From a virus (Duplodnaviria > Caudoviricetes): 61,005 nucleotides of DNA. A program made the translations under genes and the position numbers. This document shows positions 26,872-37,163 of this stretch, one piece after another. Each line of letters starts with the position of its first letter. Position 1 is the stretch's first letter. The stretch covers positions 1 to 61,005 of IMG/VR virus record IMGVR_UViG_3300013286_000627; one strand, written 5' to 3'. Below the pieces are notes generated by a model. It was not told the DNA's origin and did not search any database. It saw nothing but the letters and a program-made list of their open reading frames with translations.

Positions 26872-27495
26872 ATGATTTCACAACTAGTACCAATGGTGGT
26901 CGAAAAGACCGGTCAAGGCGAACGAGCGTTCGATATTTTTTCCAGACTCTTGAACGAGAGAATAGTGTTCCTTAACGGACCAGTTGATGATCACAGTGCA
27001 AATCTTGTGGTAGCACAATTGCTACATTTAGAGAGTGCCGATTCAGAGAAAGATATTCATCTTTACATCAACAGCCCAGGTGGCGGTGTGACTGCTGGCT
27101 TGAGTATCTATGATGTTATGCAATTTATCAAACCTGATGTTGCAACCTATGTCATGGGGCAGGCTTGTTCAATGGGTAGTTTCCTTGCACAGGCAGGTGC
27201 AAAAGGCAAGCGATATGTATTGCCAGAAAGCCGCACAATGATTCATCGTGTTAGTTCGGGCACACCGGGTACTCGGGGTTCAGTTCATGTACAAGAACTA
27301 CAGTTCGAAGATGCAAAACGCAGCTATGATGAAAGTCAGCGTATCAATCAGCGTTTGACAGAACTGTATGTCCGTCACAATACTGCTGGCAAGACATATG
27401 AGGAATTGTTTGAGATCATGAAGTTTGACACATTCCTTTCTGCACAGGAAGCAGTTGCATATGGTCTGGCCGACAAGGTTGTTGAGAGTCGATAA
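26872..27495 (+). CDS. clpP: ATP-dependent Clp protease proteolytic subunit
   Basis: [20 protein letters not shown] (catalytic Ser), MIH. Confidence 0.95.
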   Translation: MISQLVPMVVEKTGQGERAFDIFSRLLNERIVFLNGPVDDHSANLVVAQLLHLESADSEKDIHLYINSPGGGVTAGLSIYDVMQFIKPDVATYVMGQACSMGSFLAQAGAKGKRYVLPESRTMIHRVSSGTPGTRGSVHVQELQFEDAKRSYDESQRINQRLTELYVRHNTAGKTYEELFEIMKFDTFLSAQEAVAYGLADKVVESR

Positions 27496-27554
27496 GTCGT
27501 AAGTAAATTCTCCTGTAAGTGCGAGTAAATATTGACACTTATGAGAGAAAAATT

Positions 27555-27728
27555 ATGGAACAACATTTAATATTGGCATTTTTAATAGTAGGCGGAATCG
27601 TAGGTTGGGGTTTGTTTGCCTTTACCTTATTGCAATTGATTTGCAATCGTCAAAAAGAAATCTCAATGATCAATGAAATCAAAGAAGATTTAAAAATTGT
27701 TCAGCAAGAAATTAAATTACTTAAATAA
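27555..27728 (+). CDS. Small membrane protein
   Basis: Hydrophobic N-terminus plus coiled-coil tail. Confidence 0.55.
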   Translation: MEQHLILAFLIVGGIVGWGLFAFTLLQLICNRQKEISMINEIKEDLKIVQQEIKLLK

Positions 27729-27732
27729 CACT

Positions 27733-27798
27733 ACAGCGGTCTTGACATCATTTCCCGCTATACAAACTCTGCTGTCTATGCTATAATTAACATAGGAG
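27733..27798 (+). promoter_or_regulatory. Candidate riboswitch-like leader of queD
   Basis: Mutually exclusive AGCGG/CCGCT vs ACAGCGG/CTGCTGT; TCTATG/CATAGG hairpin covers the SD; TAAATA at 27722. Confidence 0.45.
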
Positions 27799-27804
27799 AT
27801 AAAG

Positions 27805-28332
27805 ATGGCAAAATATCTATCAACAAAAACATACGGTAATGACCGCGGCCTTTCATGCTGTTTTAGACAATGGCGTGCCACTCACAGCCACTGCTCACTA
27901 CTGCACGGATACTCAATTGGCATCAAATTAATCTTTGAATGCGATACATTAGACGAAAAGAACTGGGGCATGGACTTTGGTGGTCTTAAAGAATTCAAAG
28001 CATGGGCTGATTGGATGTTCGACCACACCACTGTGATTGCCGAAGATGATCCATTATTGGACCGTTTTAAACTGATGTCAGGTTGGAGCTCAAATCCAGA
28101 GCATGACGGCAACCCAGATCGTGTACAAGTAGAACCATACCGTAGATTGGGTATATGCGATCTACGCATTGTACCAGGTGTAGGTTGCGAACTGTTTGCC
28201 AAAATGTGCTATAACAAAATGGATTGGTTGCTAACGAATGGTGATCACCGGTATCCACTAAACCCATCAGTGAGAATTAAATCAGTTGAAGTATTTGAAC
28301 ATGCAGGTAACTCGGCTACGTACGAAGGCTAA
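27805..28332 (+). CDS. queD: 6-carboxy-tetrahydropterin synthase (PTPS/QueD family)
   Basis: CSLLHGY, MDFGGLK, FDH, VEVFEH..NSA. Confidence 0.85.
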   Translation: MAKYLSTKTYGNDRGLSCCFRQWRATHSHCSLLHGYSIGIKLIFECDTLDEKNWGMDFGGLKEFKAWADWMFDHTTVIAEDDPLLDRFKLMSGWSSNPEHDGNPDRVQVEPYRRLGICDLRIVPGVGCELFAKMCYNKMDWLLTNGDHRYPLNPSVRIKSVEVFEHAGNSATYEG

Positions 28333-28486
28333 AAATTATTGGCGCCTTTGGGCCAAAGCATTGGGAGAAAAATCAGGCAATAACAATCAAGAGGCCGATC
28401 GTGTTGCCTTAATTCGCACCCTAGTGGTTCTTTGCTACATAATTACTAATGCATTTATTGTAGCAGGGGTAGTGCGTCACTGGTAA
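28301..28486 (+). CDS. Small membrane protein
   Basis: WRLWAKALGEK...hydrophobic C-terminus. Confidence 0.55.
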   Translation: MQVTRLRTKAKNYWRLWAKALGEKSGNNNQEADRVALIRTLVVLCYIITNAFIVAGVVRHW

Positions 28487-28512
28487 TCATTGCAGGTGTA
28501 AAAGGAATTAGA

Positions 28513-28656
28513 ATGAAAGATAAAGATTGGTTAGAGAAAGTAAGTATTGCATACAAAGTATATTCAGATCAAGTAGGTCCAAAATTGCCTATTGAACACT
28601 TTATTGCCTGGATGTATCGACAATATGGCATTGTAGAACCTACAGATAAAAAATGA
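28513..28656 (+). CDS. Small hypothetical protein (47 aa)
   Basis: AAGGA SD; ATGA overlap with the next gene. Confidence 0.55.
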   Translation: MKDKDWLEKVSIAYKVYSDQVGPKLPIEHFIAWMYRQYGIVEPTDKK

Positions 28657-29579
28657 AAAAAATATTAGTAACCGGGGGTGCTGGATTTCTTGGTAGTCAC
28701 CTTTGCGATAGACTAGTGGCACAAGGACATCATGTCTTATGTGTTGACAATTACTTCACCGGCAGTAAAAAGAATATTGAGCACTTGCTCGACTATAAAA
28801 ACTTTGAAGTTATCCGTCAAGATATCTACATTCCATTATATGTAGAAGTAGACGAGATATATAATCTGGCCTGTCCTGCAAGTCCCTACTACTATCAGTT
28901 AGATCCTATTCAAACAATGAAAACATCAGTAATTGGTGCGTTCAATATGTTAGGACTTGCTAAACGCACGGGTGCTAAAATCCTGCAGGCTTCGACAAGT
29001 GAATGTTATGGTGATCCTGAAGTGCATCCGCAACCCGAAGAATATTGGGGCAATGTAAATCCTATTGGTATCCGCAGTTGTTATGATGAGGGGAAACGAT
29101 CAGCTGAAACATTGTTTATGGATTACTATCGTAAGCACAATGTTGATACAAAGATTATGCGCATCTTTAACACCTACGGTCCCAGAATGAATACCAATGA
29201 CGGTCGGGTTGTCAGTAACTTTATTGTTCAAGCCCTACGCGGTGAAGATATTACCATCTACGGTGATGGCAGTCAAACTCGAAGTTTCTGCTACTTTGAA
29301 GACAACCTAGACGGCATGGTAAAACTTATGGATACCGAATATCATTTGCCAATAAACATTGGTAATCCCGGAGAGTTTAGTATGCTAGAATTAGCAGAAA
29401 AAGTTATTCAATTAACTGGAACTATAAGTAAAATTGTTTATATGCCGTTGCCAAAAGATGATCCAAAACAACGAAAACCTAATATCGAACGTGCTAAAGA
29501 TATTTTAAATTGGGCGCCGAAGATCAATTTAGAACAAGGGTTGATTAAAACTATTGACTATTTTCGTAAGGTAATATAA
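28653..29579 (+). CDS. uxs: UDP-glucuronate decarboxylase (UDP-xylose synthase)
   Basis: [40 protein letters not shown]. Confidence 0.9.
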   Translation: MKKILVTGGAGFLGSHLCDRLVAQGHHVLCVDNYFTGSKKNIEHLLDYKNFEVIRQDIYIPLYVEVDEIYNLACPASPYYYQLDPIQTMKTSVIGAFNMLGLAKRTGAKILQASTSECYGDPEVHPQPEEYWGNVNPIGIRSCYDEGKRSAETLFMDYYRKHNVDTKIMRIFNTYGPRMNTNDGRVVSNFIVQALRGEDITIYGDGSQTRSFCYFEDNLDGMVKLMDTEYHLPINIGNPGEFSMLELAEKVIQLTGTISKIVYMPLPKDDPKQRKPNIERAKDILNWAPKINLEQGLIKTIDYFRKVI

Positions 29580-30172
29580 TGGAAGATTTTATTAGAACAT
29601 GGCCGGGAAAAGTAACACCCAACGATTGTCAGGAAACAATTGATGCGTTTGAGGAAATAGTTAATAACCCAGAACTTGCAGAGCATGTATCTAATAATGC
29701 AACCCAATTTTCTAATTCAAATCTAGGAAGAAAAGATCTAGCAATTTTTTTAGAAAACCATGTATTCAATAAATCAGATCTTTGTTCAAAATATTTGTAT
29801 TATCTAAATGATTGTGTAACTGAATACGTTGAAGAATTTGGTCAGTTAAAAGAAGTAGCATTAAGTAATAATTATTGCTTAAAACTGCAAAGAACTTTGC
29901 CAATGGGTGGATATCATGTATGGCATTACGAAAACGGAGACCTCCCAAGGCATTTTAATCGAGAGCTAGTTTGGATGATTTATCTTAATGATATGCCCGA
30001 AGGTGAAGCAGAAACTGAATTTCTTTATCAAAAAAGGCGTATTCGTCCAACTCAAGGGACTGTAGTGATCTGGCCTGCAGGTATGACACACCCACATCGA
30101 GGATTAACTGTTTATTCTCAGCCAAAATATATATTAACAGGTTGGTATGTAAAAAGTCGAACGCATGATTGA
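29579..30172 (+). CDS. 2OG-Fe(II) oxygenase, prolyl-hydroxylase-like
   Basis: GGYHVWHYE, WMIYLND, THPHRG, KYILTGW. Confidence 0.85.
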   Translation: MEDFIRTWPGKVTPNDCQETIDAFEEIVNNPELAEHVSNNATQFSNSNLGRKDLAIFLENHVFNKSDLCSKYLYYLNDCVTEYVEEFGQLKEVALSNNYCLKLQRTLPMGGYHVWHYENGDLPRHFNRELVWMIYLNDMPEGEAETEFLYQKRRIRPTQGTVVIWPAGMTHPHRGLTVYSQPKYILTGWYVKSRTHD

Positions 30173-30197
30173 TCTTTTTCTTGAGATAGTGTATAAT
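30169..30197 (+). promoter_or_regulatory. sigma70-type promoter
   Basis: TTGATC-N17-TATAAT. Confidence 0.7.
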
Positions 30198-30219
30198 AGT
30201 ATTTTACAAGGAGCGTATT

Positions 30220-30396
30220 ATGGGTCAGTTTAGAAATTGGTATGTTCGCAACCAAGATGCGATAACATGGTTCCTTATTGGTTGGTGTACATTTGCAGGT
30301 CTTGATGACTTGATTAATGGAAAGTATGTTTGGGCGGCACTTAATTTTGCAATCGCATACATCAACTACAAAACAAACGATTTTAAAATGCAATGA
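30220..30396 (+). CDS. Small membrane protein (58 aa)
   Basis: AGGAG SD; two hydrophobic segments. Confidence 0.65.
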   Translation: MGQFRNWYVRNQDAITWFLIGWCTFAGLDDLINGKYVWAALNFAIAYINYKTNDFKMQ

Positions 30397-30563
30397 CACA
30401 ATGGACAGTGAATATTGAAGAAGCCGATGACGGCACCGGTGATCTTGTATTACCGTTGCCTCAAGAATTACTCAATCTGCAAGGTTGGGTAGAAGGTGAC
30501 ACATTAGAATGGATCGATAATAAGGACGGCACATGGTCTATCCAGAAAGTTCAAAATGGGTAG
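30393..30563 (+). CDS. AbrB/MazE/SpoVT-like small DNA-binding protein
   Basis: GDLVLPLPQELL..GWVEGDTLEW pattern. Confidence 0.65.
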   Translation: MTQWTVNIEEADDGTGDLVLPLPQELLNLQGWVEGDTLEWIDNKDGTWSIQKVQNG

Positions 30564-30653
30564 TGATAAAATATTCTACGGTACTATTCTCGCTTTGTTT
30601 GCCTTTACTATAGGGCATCCATATATTGCTTTATTCATTTTTATTTTAAGTAT

Positions 30654-31682
30654 ATGACTAAGAAAATCGGATTCGCCTGCAAGTGGATTGATACTCCTGC
30701 ACAAGTTAATGGTATCAAGCCCAATGACGATGCCAAGCAATATAATACCGGCAGTACCACTGTTGCATGGTTAAATAGACAGAGCAAAGAAGTTGCGGAA
30801 CAAAAACTATGGGACCTAATGGTAGGTAATATCGAAGCTGTTCGCAAGCTCGTCAACCGTGTGGGAGCACTTGATGAAAATCTTAGAATGGTACGACTCG
30901 GCAGCGATATACTACCTGTGTATACTCAGCAGGATTGGAGCTGGTTTTGGCGGCTTCCCGCTACCAGAGAATATTGCGAAAGAGCATTTAGAGAAGTGGG
31001 AGATGTGGCTCGCAAGAATGGTGTTAGGCTCTCTTTTCATCCTGGTCAGTTCACTGTGTTGGCAAGTGATAATCCAGATATCGTTAATCGTAGTATAGAG
31101 GAGTTTGAATATCATGCAGATATGGCCAGGTACATGGGCTACGGTAAATCGTTCCAAGACTTTAAGATCAACGTCCATATCTCCGGTCGCGCCGGTCCAG
31201 AAGGTATCCGACAAGCCTACAAAAGACTCAGCCCCGAAGCCCGCAACACCATTACAATCGAAAACGAAGAAAATGCGTGGGGACTAGATGATTGCATTAG
31301 CATATCTGATCTTGTTCCAATTGTTTTGGATCTACATCATAATTGGGTGCGAGAAGGAGAATACTTGGCGCCATCCTCGGAGCAGGTTCAGCGGGTTGTT
31401 GATTCTTGGCGCGGTGTTCGCCCTACTTTACATTACAGTGTTTCACGTGAAGATTGGCTTGTTGGTCACGACCCGTTAGTTGCCCCAGATTATAAACTGT
31501 TGTTAGAAAACGGATACCGTAAGCAAAAACTTCGGGCCCATAGTGATTTCTACTGGAATACAGCAGTAAATGAATGGGCTTTGAGCTTTTTAGATCAGTT
31601 CGACATCATGGCGGAGAGTAAGGGCAAGAACCTTGCGAGCTTTGCCCTTGCTGATCAAGCTAAAAAGTTAAGCCTTCTTTGA
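30654..31682 (+). CDS. uvsE: UV damage endonuclease
   Basis: IGFACK, RLGSD, RLSFHPGQF, TIENEE, DLHH, AHSD, ESKGK. Confidence 0.92.
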   Translation: MTKKIGFACKWIDTPAQVNGIKPNDDAKQYNTGSTTVAWLNRQSKEVAEQKLWDLMVGNIEAVRKLVNRVGALDENLRMVRLGSDILPVYTQQDWSWFWRLPATREYCERAFREVGDVARKNGVRLSFHPGQFTVLASDNPDIVNRSIEEFEYHADMARYMGYGKSFQDFKINVHISGRAGPEGIRQAYKRLSPEARNTITIENEENAWGLDDCISISDLVPIVLDLHHNWVREGEYLAPSSEQVQRVVDSWRGVRPTLHYSVSREDWLVGHDPLVAPDYKLLLENGYRKQKLRAHSDFYWNTAVNEWALSFLDQFDIMAESKGKNLASFALADQAKKLSLL

Positions 31683-32012
31683 ATTAGCTTTTGGAGCAGC
31701 TTTAATAGCAGCAGCCTTCTTTACAGGGGCTGCTTTTTTTGCGGCTGGCTTTTCTGCAGGAGCAGCTTTAGGAGCACGTGGTTTACGTGGCTTCTTGGCA
31801 GGTATCTCAATAGCTACAGGAGCTTCTACCGCAGGAGTAACTTCAACAACAGCTTCTACAACCGGAGCAGGTGTTTCAACCTTAACTTCTTCAACAACTG
31901 GTGCAGGTGCTACAGGAGTTGCAAGTGCAGGAGTTTCTACTTTGTAAGCTACTTCGGCTACAGGAGCTGGAGCAGGCTTTCCGACGAAGAACTCTTTAAT
32001 TTTTTTAAACAT
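31668..32012 (-). CDS. Pro/Ala/Lys-rich low-complexity protein with histone-H1-like tail
   Basis: AAGGA SD; PAAKKAAP repeats. Confidence 0.75.
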   Translation of the reverse strand: MFKKIKEFFVGKPAPAPVAEVAYKVETPALATPVAPAPVVEEVKVETPAPVVEAVVEVTPAVEAPVAIEIPAKKPRKPRAPKAAPAEKPAAKKAAPVKKAAAIKAAPKANSKKA

Positions 32013-32152
32013 GACAATTTCCTTTAAGAATTATGTACGTTTATTTAACCACTGATAAATATCATTGTGAATAAACTGATATGGAGGGCAACCAGATCCG
32101 AATACGATGATAGATTCGTTCTATCAACCCCATGTTTTATATTGGAATAAAA

Positions 32153-32377
32153 ATGCCTAACAATGTCGCAGCAATGTCTGTGGAAATAGAAGAAATTGAA
32201 GATAACGATGATTTCGGTCGTGATGATTTTGGATTTATCATCGGACCAGATGGGAACTTAAAAACCTTTATGATTCCCGAACACCTAATGTCAGACCCGC
32301 CCGAAGAGGTGCTAGCCATATTAGAAATGTTTGGTATTGACGATATACACGAGATAGAGCACAAACTGCTACATTAA
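32153..32377 (+). CDS. Small acidic hypothetical protein
   Basis: 74-aa ORF. Confidence 0.65.
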   Translation: MPNNVAAMSVEIEEIEDNDDFGRDDFGFIIGPDGNLKTFMIPEHLMSDPPEEVLAILEMFGIDDIHEIEHKLLH

Positions 32378-32452
32378 TTTTAGTTAAAGCTGTACATAAA
32401 CAGCTAAACTGGTAAGGGCTAAATATGTTTAAAGAGAAAACTCTACCTAAAC

Positions 32453-35400
32453 ATGCCTACCAATAACTATACTTTTAAAAAAATAGCAGGAAGCGCACAT
32501 CCGCAACCTGATAACATAGTATCATCTGTTCCGCTAGATCTTAACGAAACTATTACCATTACAATAGTAGTTCGTAGACCCACTACAGAGATTACCTTAA
32601 AAGATTATGCTCAAGGTGTGATGGATGGAGTTTATACAACTTTATCTCATGACGAGTTCAAGGCTAAATTTGGTACCGATGCCGAAGATTTTGCCGCCGT
32701 TAGAGAATTTATAGAATCATTTGGCATTACAGTAGTTGATCAATATCGTAGTAGTAGTCAAATAAAATTAACAGGAACCGCTGATCAATTCAATCAAGCA
32801 TTTCAAATAACTTTGTTGTCTGTCGAAACTGACCAACAAACCCATATCAGTCACATAGATGATATTAGTATACCCGATAGCCTTGAAAATATTATTGATC
32901 ATGTTATTGGATTTGATACATCTTGGAGATTAAAACCGTTATATCATGTTGTTCCGGAAAATGGAGTTTTTCCGGCTGCTGTAAGTGGGTTAACACCGTC
33001 TCAAGTCGCTACTGCTTATAAAATGCCAAACAACACAGGTTCAGGACAATGCATTGGTATTCTAGAATTTGGTGGCGGATGGACACAGGATAACCTGAAT
33101 AGCACGTTTGCTAATTACGGACAAACTCCGCCTACCGTGGTAGATGTGTTTGTTAATGGTGGTTATAATTATCCAGGCGACCCTAGTGGCGCTAGTGTAG
33201 AAGTTATGCTAGATATTGCAGTAGCAGGTGGTGTTGCGCCCGGAGCAAAACAAGTTATATACTTTGCTCCAAATACATTTGGAGACTTTGCAACTTGCTT
33301 CAGTGCTGCAATTAATGATAATACTAACAATCCGTCTATATTATCATTAAGTTGGGGAGCAGGTGAATCTGCGTGGAGTGGTTATTTCACTGCAATGGAT
33401 AGTGTACTCCAAACATCAGTCGCAAAAGGCATAACAATATTTGCTGCGGCAGGCGACTGGGGTTCTGCTGCGCCGGGTGGTAACAGTTTTGATCCGTTGT
33501 TCCCTGCTACTAATCCTTACATAATTGCCTGCGGCGGAACAACTTTAGAATTAAACCCGGATGGTTCCATTGCTAGCGAAGTAGTTTGGAATAACACAAA
33601 TCAAGGATATGCCACTGGAGGGGGATTAAGTGTTCAGTACGGGGCACCTTCATATCAAACTGGAAAAGGATTAAGGTATAGCCAACATTCATCATCAGGA
33701 GATATTGGACCAGCTGCGTTTTCTACTAGAGGTATACCAGATTGGGGCGGAAATGCAGACGGAGCTAGCGGATACCAATTTTATTATGGATCCGGTAATC
33801 AACTTATTGTCGGAGTCGGCGGTACAAGTGCAACTGCACCGCTCTTTGCCGGGTGTGTTGCTAGATTAAACAATGCAATAAGCCCATCCAAAGTTGGATT
33901 TGTACACACATTAAGTTACAATAACCCAGGTGCTTTTAGAGATGTTACTTCTGGTAACAATTCAGGTCCTAACAATTTTTGGTATAATGCTACTATAGGA
34001 TGGGATGCTGTTACTGGATTAGGAAGCCCTATAGGTATTTCATTAATATCAGTTTTGAACGGAATATCTGTCGATGCTACTTTATCTAATTTAAGTATAT
34101 CTGGTGGGGGATTAAATCCAACATTTACTTCAAGTATAACATCATATACAGATACAGTAGATTATGGTACAACATCGGTCACAATTACAGCAACTTGTAA
34201 CGAATCACATGCAACAATAACTGTTAACGGAACCACTGTAACATCCGGATCTGCTTCCGGTGCTATCAGTTTAAATGTTGGGGCAAATATTATTAATGTG
34301 GTAGTTACTGCTCAAGATGGCATAACCATAAAGACCTATACTATTACTGTAACTAGAAGGACAGGTAGTGTTGCTACTTTGGCTGCATTATCAATTTCAA
34401 GTGGAACATTAATTCCAACATTTAATGCCAATACAATATCGTACACTGATACTGTATTAAATGCTGTTACATCAGTTACAGTTACACCAGTGCGTAGTGA
34501 TCCACATGCTACTATAACTGTCAACGGAACTCCAGTATCATCGGGATCCCCATCTGGTACTATTAGTTTAAGTGTTGGTTCAAATACTATCACCATAATT
34601 GTTACTGGTCAAGATGGCGTAACTACAAAAACATATACCATTACTGTAACTAGATTAAGTAATGATGCTACGTTATCTGCATTAACAATTTCAAACGGAA
34701 CATTGAGCCCTTCATTTAGTTCGGGCACGACAGCATACACAAATTCAGTAGGAAATCTTGTAAGTTCAGTCACTATTACACCTACTAGTAACGAGTCACA
34801 TGCTACAATAACAGTAAACGGCGCTCCTGTAATATCTGGATATGCTTCCAGTGCTGTTAGTTTAAGTGTTGGATCAAATACTATTACTGTGATTGTTACT
34901 GCACAAGACGGTACCACAAAAACATACACTATTACTGTAACTAGAGCAATAAGTAGTGATGCCACATTATCTGCATTAACAATTTCAGATGGCACATTAA
35001 GTCCAACATTTAATTCTAATACAATATTGTACACAGATTCTGTGGGTAATTTAACCACTGCTGTTACAGTTAGACCTACTACTAACGAATCACACGCCAC
35101 AGTTACAGTTAACGGAACACCGGTAATCTCTAGATCTTCGTCCAACGCTGTTAATTTAACGGTTGGTTCAAATACCATTACCATAGTTGTTACAGGTCAA
35201 GATGGTATAGCTACAAAAACATACACTATTACTGTAACTAGAGCATCTAGCAGTGATGCTACATTATCCTCATTGATATTATCAAAGGGGGAATTGAATC
35301 CGTTGTTTATTCCGGGTAGAACTTCTTATACATCTTCTGTACTAAATGAAATACGTTCAGTTACTGTTACTCCCACAGTACATGAGTCAAACGCCAGTAT

Positions 35401-37108
35401 AGTAATTAATGGTAATTCTGTAATTTCCGGAGCCAGTTCCAAGGCTATTAATTTAAATGTAGGAGAAAATTCAATTACTTTAGTAGTTACTGCCCAAGAT
35501 GGTACAATAAATTCTTATAGTATTGTTGTAACCAGAGAAATAAGTAACGATGCTACATTGTCTTTATTAAATATATCTTCCAATTCGTTATCTCCAAAGT
35601 TTAATCCTTCAGTAGTTTTTTATAATGCCTATTCTGTATTTCACAGTTCAATTACAGTTACTCCTGTCCATAATGAATCACATGCTACAATAACTGTCAA
35701 AGGTGATACGGTATTGTCAGGAGCCACTTCTGATCCAATTAATTTAAATTTTGGTTCAAATATAATTACAATAGAAGTTACTGCTGCAAACGGAACAACC
35801 AAAAAATCATATACTTTACTAGTAACTAGAACTACTTCTACCGGAATGGTAGATTTAGGAACAGTTCGTGCTAGTAATAATCAAGTTATAAATGCAACGG
35901 CTAATAATTTATCACCCACCAAAGAAGGTAAATTTACCTATACATTTGCAGACGGGCAATTACCAGAAGGATTGTCCCTAGATCCTATTGCAGGTTATAT
36001 TTACGGATTTATTCCATATCAACCTGCATACGTATTAAACTACAAGATTGCAATTCTAACAACTAAAACTATTACAACATCTAGCCAGGTGCTTGTTGAA
36101 ACAAAAACGTTTAATTTAAATGTTAGAGGTGAAGTTGAAAGCAGTATAGAATGGATCACTGGTAGTAATCTAGGAACTATAGAAACTGGAATAATAAGTG
36201 AATTAGCAGTGGTTGCTAAACATATATTATCTAACTATACAATAAAATATACTTTAAAAAGTGGTAGTTTGCCACTAGGATTAACTTTAGAACGTGATGG
36301 AAATATATCTGGAAAAGTTAATCATAACAGTACAGGTGTATATACATTCATAGTATCAGCCAGTGATGTATATCAACTCAGTGTTATAGATCGCACATTT
36401 ACTATTACTGCTGTGCAAAGAGATTCTAAAAAATATACAGAAATGTATTTTAAACCATTGTTTTCTAAACAACAAAGAGCAAGTTATAAAGAATTTATAT
36501 CTAATGAATTTACATTTGATCCTAAACTTATGTACAGATATTTTGACTCAAACTTTGGTGTACAACATGATATAAAATTAGTATTAGAATTTGGAATTGA
36601 GCAATTAAATATCGATGATTATTTGCCTGCATTACAAAATAATTTTGATAGAAAACGATTCTATTTCGGAGATATTAAAAAGGCCATTGCTATAGATAGC
36701 ACGGGATCTGTAATCTATGAAGTTGTATACATAGATCCAATAGATGACCTAGTTAATAACAACGGAATTAGTGTTAGCAATGCAGTATATTTTGGCAATA
36801 ATATTCTTGTTTATCCTAATAGCATCGATAACATGCGTTATAATTTAGAAGATAACTTATTCATTAGTGTAAATGAATACAATAAACCTAGGTATATGCG
36901 TACACCACAATTGGGAGATTATAAACCCCCTGCTTATATGCGAGTAATTCCGTTGTGTTATGCATTGCCCGGACAAGGTGACAAGATTATTAGTCGTATT
37001 AAATTAAGTGGATTTGATTTTAAATTGTTAAATTTTGAAGTTGATAGATTAATTGTGCAAGAGAGCATAGGTAATACTACAGCTAAATATCTAATGTTGA
37101 GAGGATAA
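32453..37108 (+). CDS. Sedolisin (S53) protease + six cadherin-like beta-sandwich repeats + Ig-like/structural C-terminus
   Basis: Prodomain; EVMLD, AGDWG, GGTSATAP, GWDAVTGLGSP; repeats DATLS..YTITVTR; LPxGLxL Ig-type motifs. Confidence 0.9.
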   Translation: MPTNNYTFKKIAGSAHPQPDNIVSSVPLDLNETITITIVVRRPTTEITLKDYAQGVMDGVYTTLSHDEFKAKFGTDAEDFAAVREFIESFGITVVDQYRSSSQIKLTGTADQFNQAFQITLLSVETDQQTHISHIDDISIPDSLENIIDHVIGFDTSWRLKPLYHVVPENGVFPAAVSGLTPSQVATAYKMPNNTGSGQCIGILEFGGGWTQDNLNSTFANYGQTPPTVVDVFVNGGYNYPGDPSGASVEVMLDIAVAGGVAPGAKQVIYFAPNTFGDFATCFSAAINDNTNNPSILSLSWGAGESAWSGYFTAMDSVLQTSVAKGITIFAAAGDWGSAAPGGNSFDPLFPATNPYIIACGGTTLELNPDGSIASEVVWNNTNQGYATGGGLSVQYGAPSYQTGKGLRYSQHSSSGDIGPAAFSTRGIPDWGGNADGASGYQFYYGSGNQLIVGVGGTSATAPLFAGCVARLNNAISPSKVGFVHTLSYNNPGAFRDVTSGNNSGPNNFWYNATIGWDAVTGLGSPIGISLISVLNGISVDATLSNLSISGGGLNPTFTSSITSYTDTVDYGTTSVTITATCNESHATITVNGTTVTSGSASGAISLNVGANIINVVVTAQDGITIKTYTITVTRRTGSVATLAALSISSGTLIPTFNANTISYTDTVLNAVTSVTVTPVRSDPHATITVNGTPVSSGSPSGTISLSVGSNTITIIVTGQDGVTTKTYTITVTRLSNDATLSALTISNGTLSPSFSSGTTAYTNSVGNLVSSVTITPTSNESHATITVNGAPVISGYASSAVSLSVGSNTITVIVTAQDGTTKTYTITVTRAISSDATLSALTISDGTLSPTFNSNTILYTDSVGNLTTAVTVRPTTNESHATVTVNGTPVISRSSSNAVNLTVGSNTITIVVTGQDGIATKTYTITVTRASSSDATLSSLILSKGELNPLFIPGRTSYTSSVLNEIRSVTVTPTVHESNASIVINGNSVISGASSKAINLNVGENSITLVVTAQDGTINSYSIVVTREISNDATLSLLNISSNSLSPKFNPSVVFYNAYSVFHSSITVTPVHNESHATITVKGDTVLSGATSDPINLNFGSNIITIEVTAANGTTKKSYTLLVTRTTSTGMVDLGTVRASNNQVINATANNLSPTKEGKFTYTFADGQLPEGLSLDPIAGYIYGFIPYQPAYVLNYKIAILTTKTITTSSQVLVETKTFNLNVRGEVESSIEWITGSNLGTIETGIISELAVVAKHILSNYTIKYTLKSGSLPLGLTLERDGNISGKVNHNSTGVYTFIVSASDVYQLSVIDRTFTITAVQRDSKKYTEMYFKPLFSKQQRASYKEFISNEFTFDPKLMYRYFDSNFGVQHDIKLVLEFGIEQLNIDDYLPALQNNFDRKRFYFGDIKKAIAIDSTGSVIYEVVYIDPIDDLVNNNGISVSNAVYFGNNILVYPNSIDNMRYNLEDNLFISVNEYNKPRYMRTPQLGDYKPPAYMRVIPLCYALPGQGDKIISRIKLSGFDFKLLNFEVDRLIVQESIGNTTAKYLMLRG
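34070..35830 (+). repeat. Six tandem ~295-bp cadherin-like domain repeats
   Basis: Recurring GATGCTACATTATC...ATTACTGTAACTAGA units. Confidence 0.85.
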
Positions 37109-37163
37109 GCCCTCAATTAATAATAAATACGCTTATCGAGTAAAATGATAGGTAATAAAACAC

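Noticed and set aside
32066-32149. 27-codon GTG ORF and TGATAGA/TCTATCA hairpin upstream of 32153
   Set aside because: Too short, with no supporting motif or second copy; it cannot be distinguished from chance.
34336-35184. Minus-strand ORFs within the protease-repeat gene
   Set aside because: Antisense shadows of Thr/Val/Ser-rich repeat codons.
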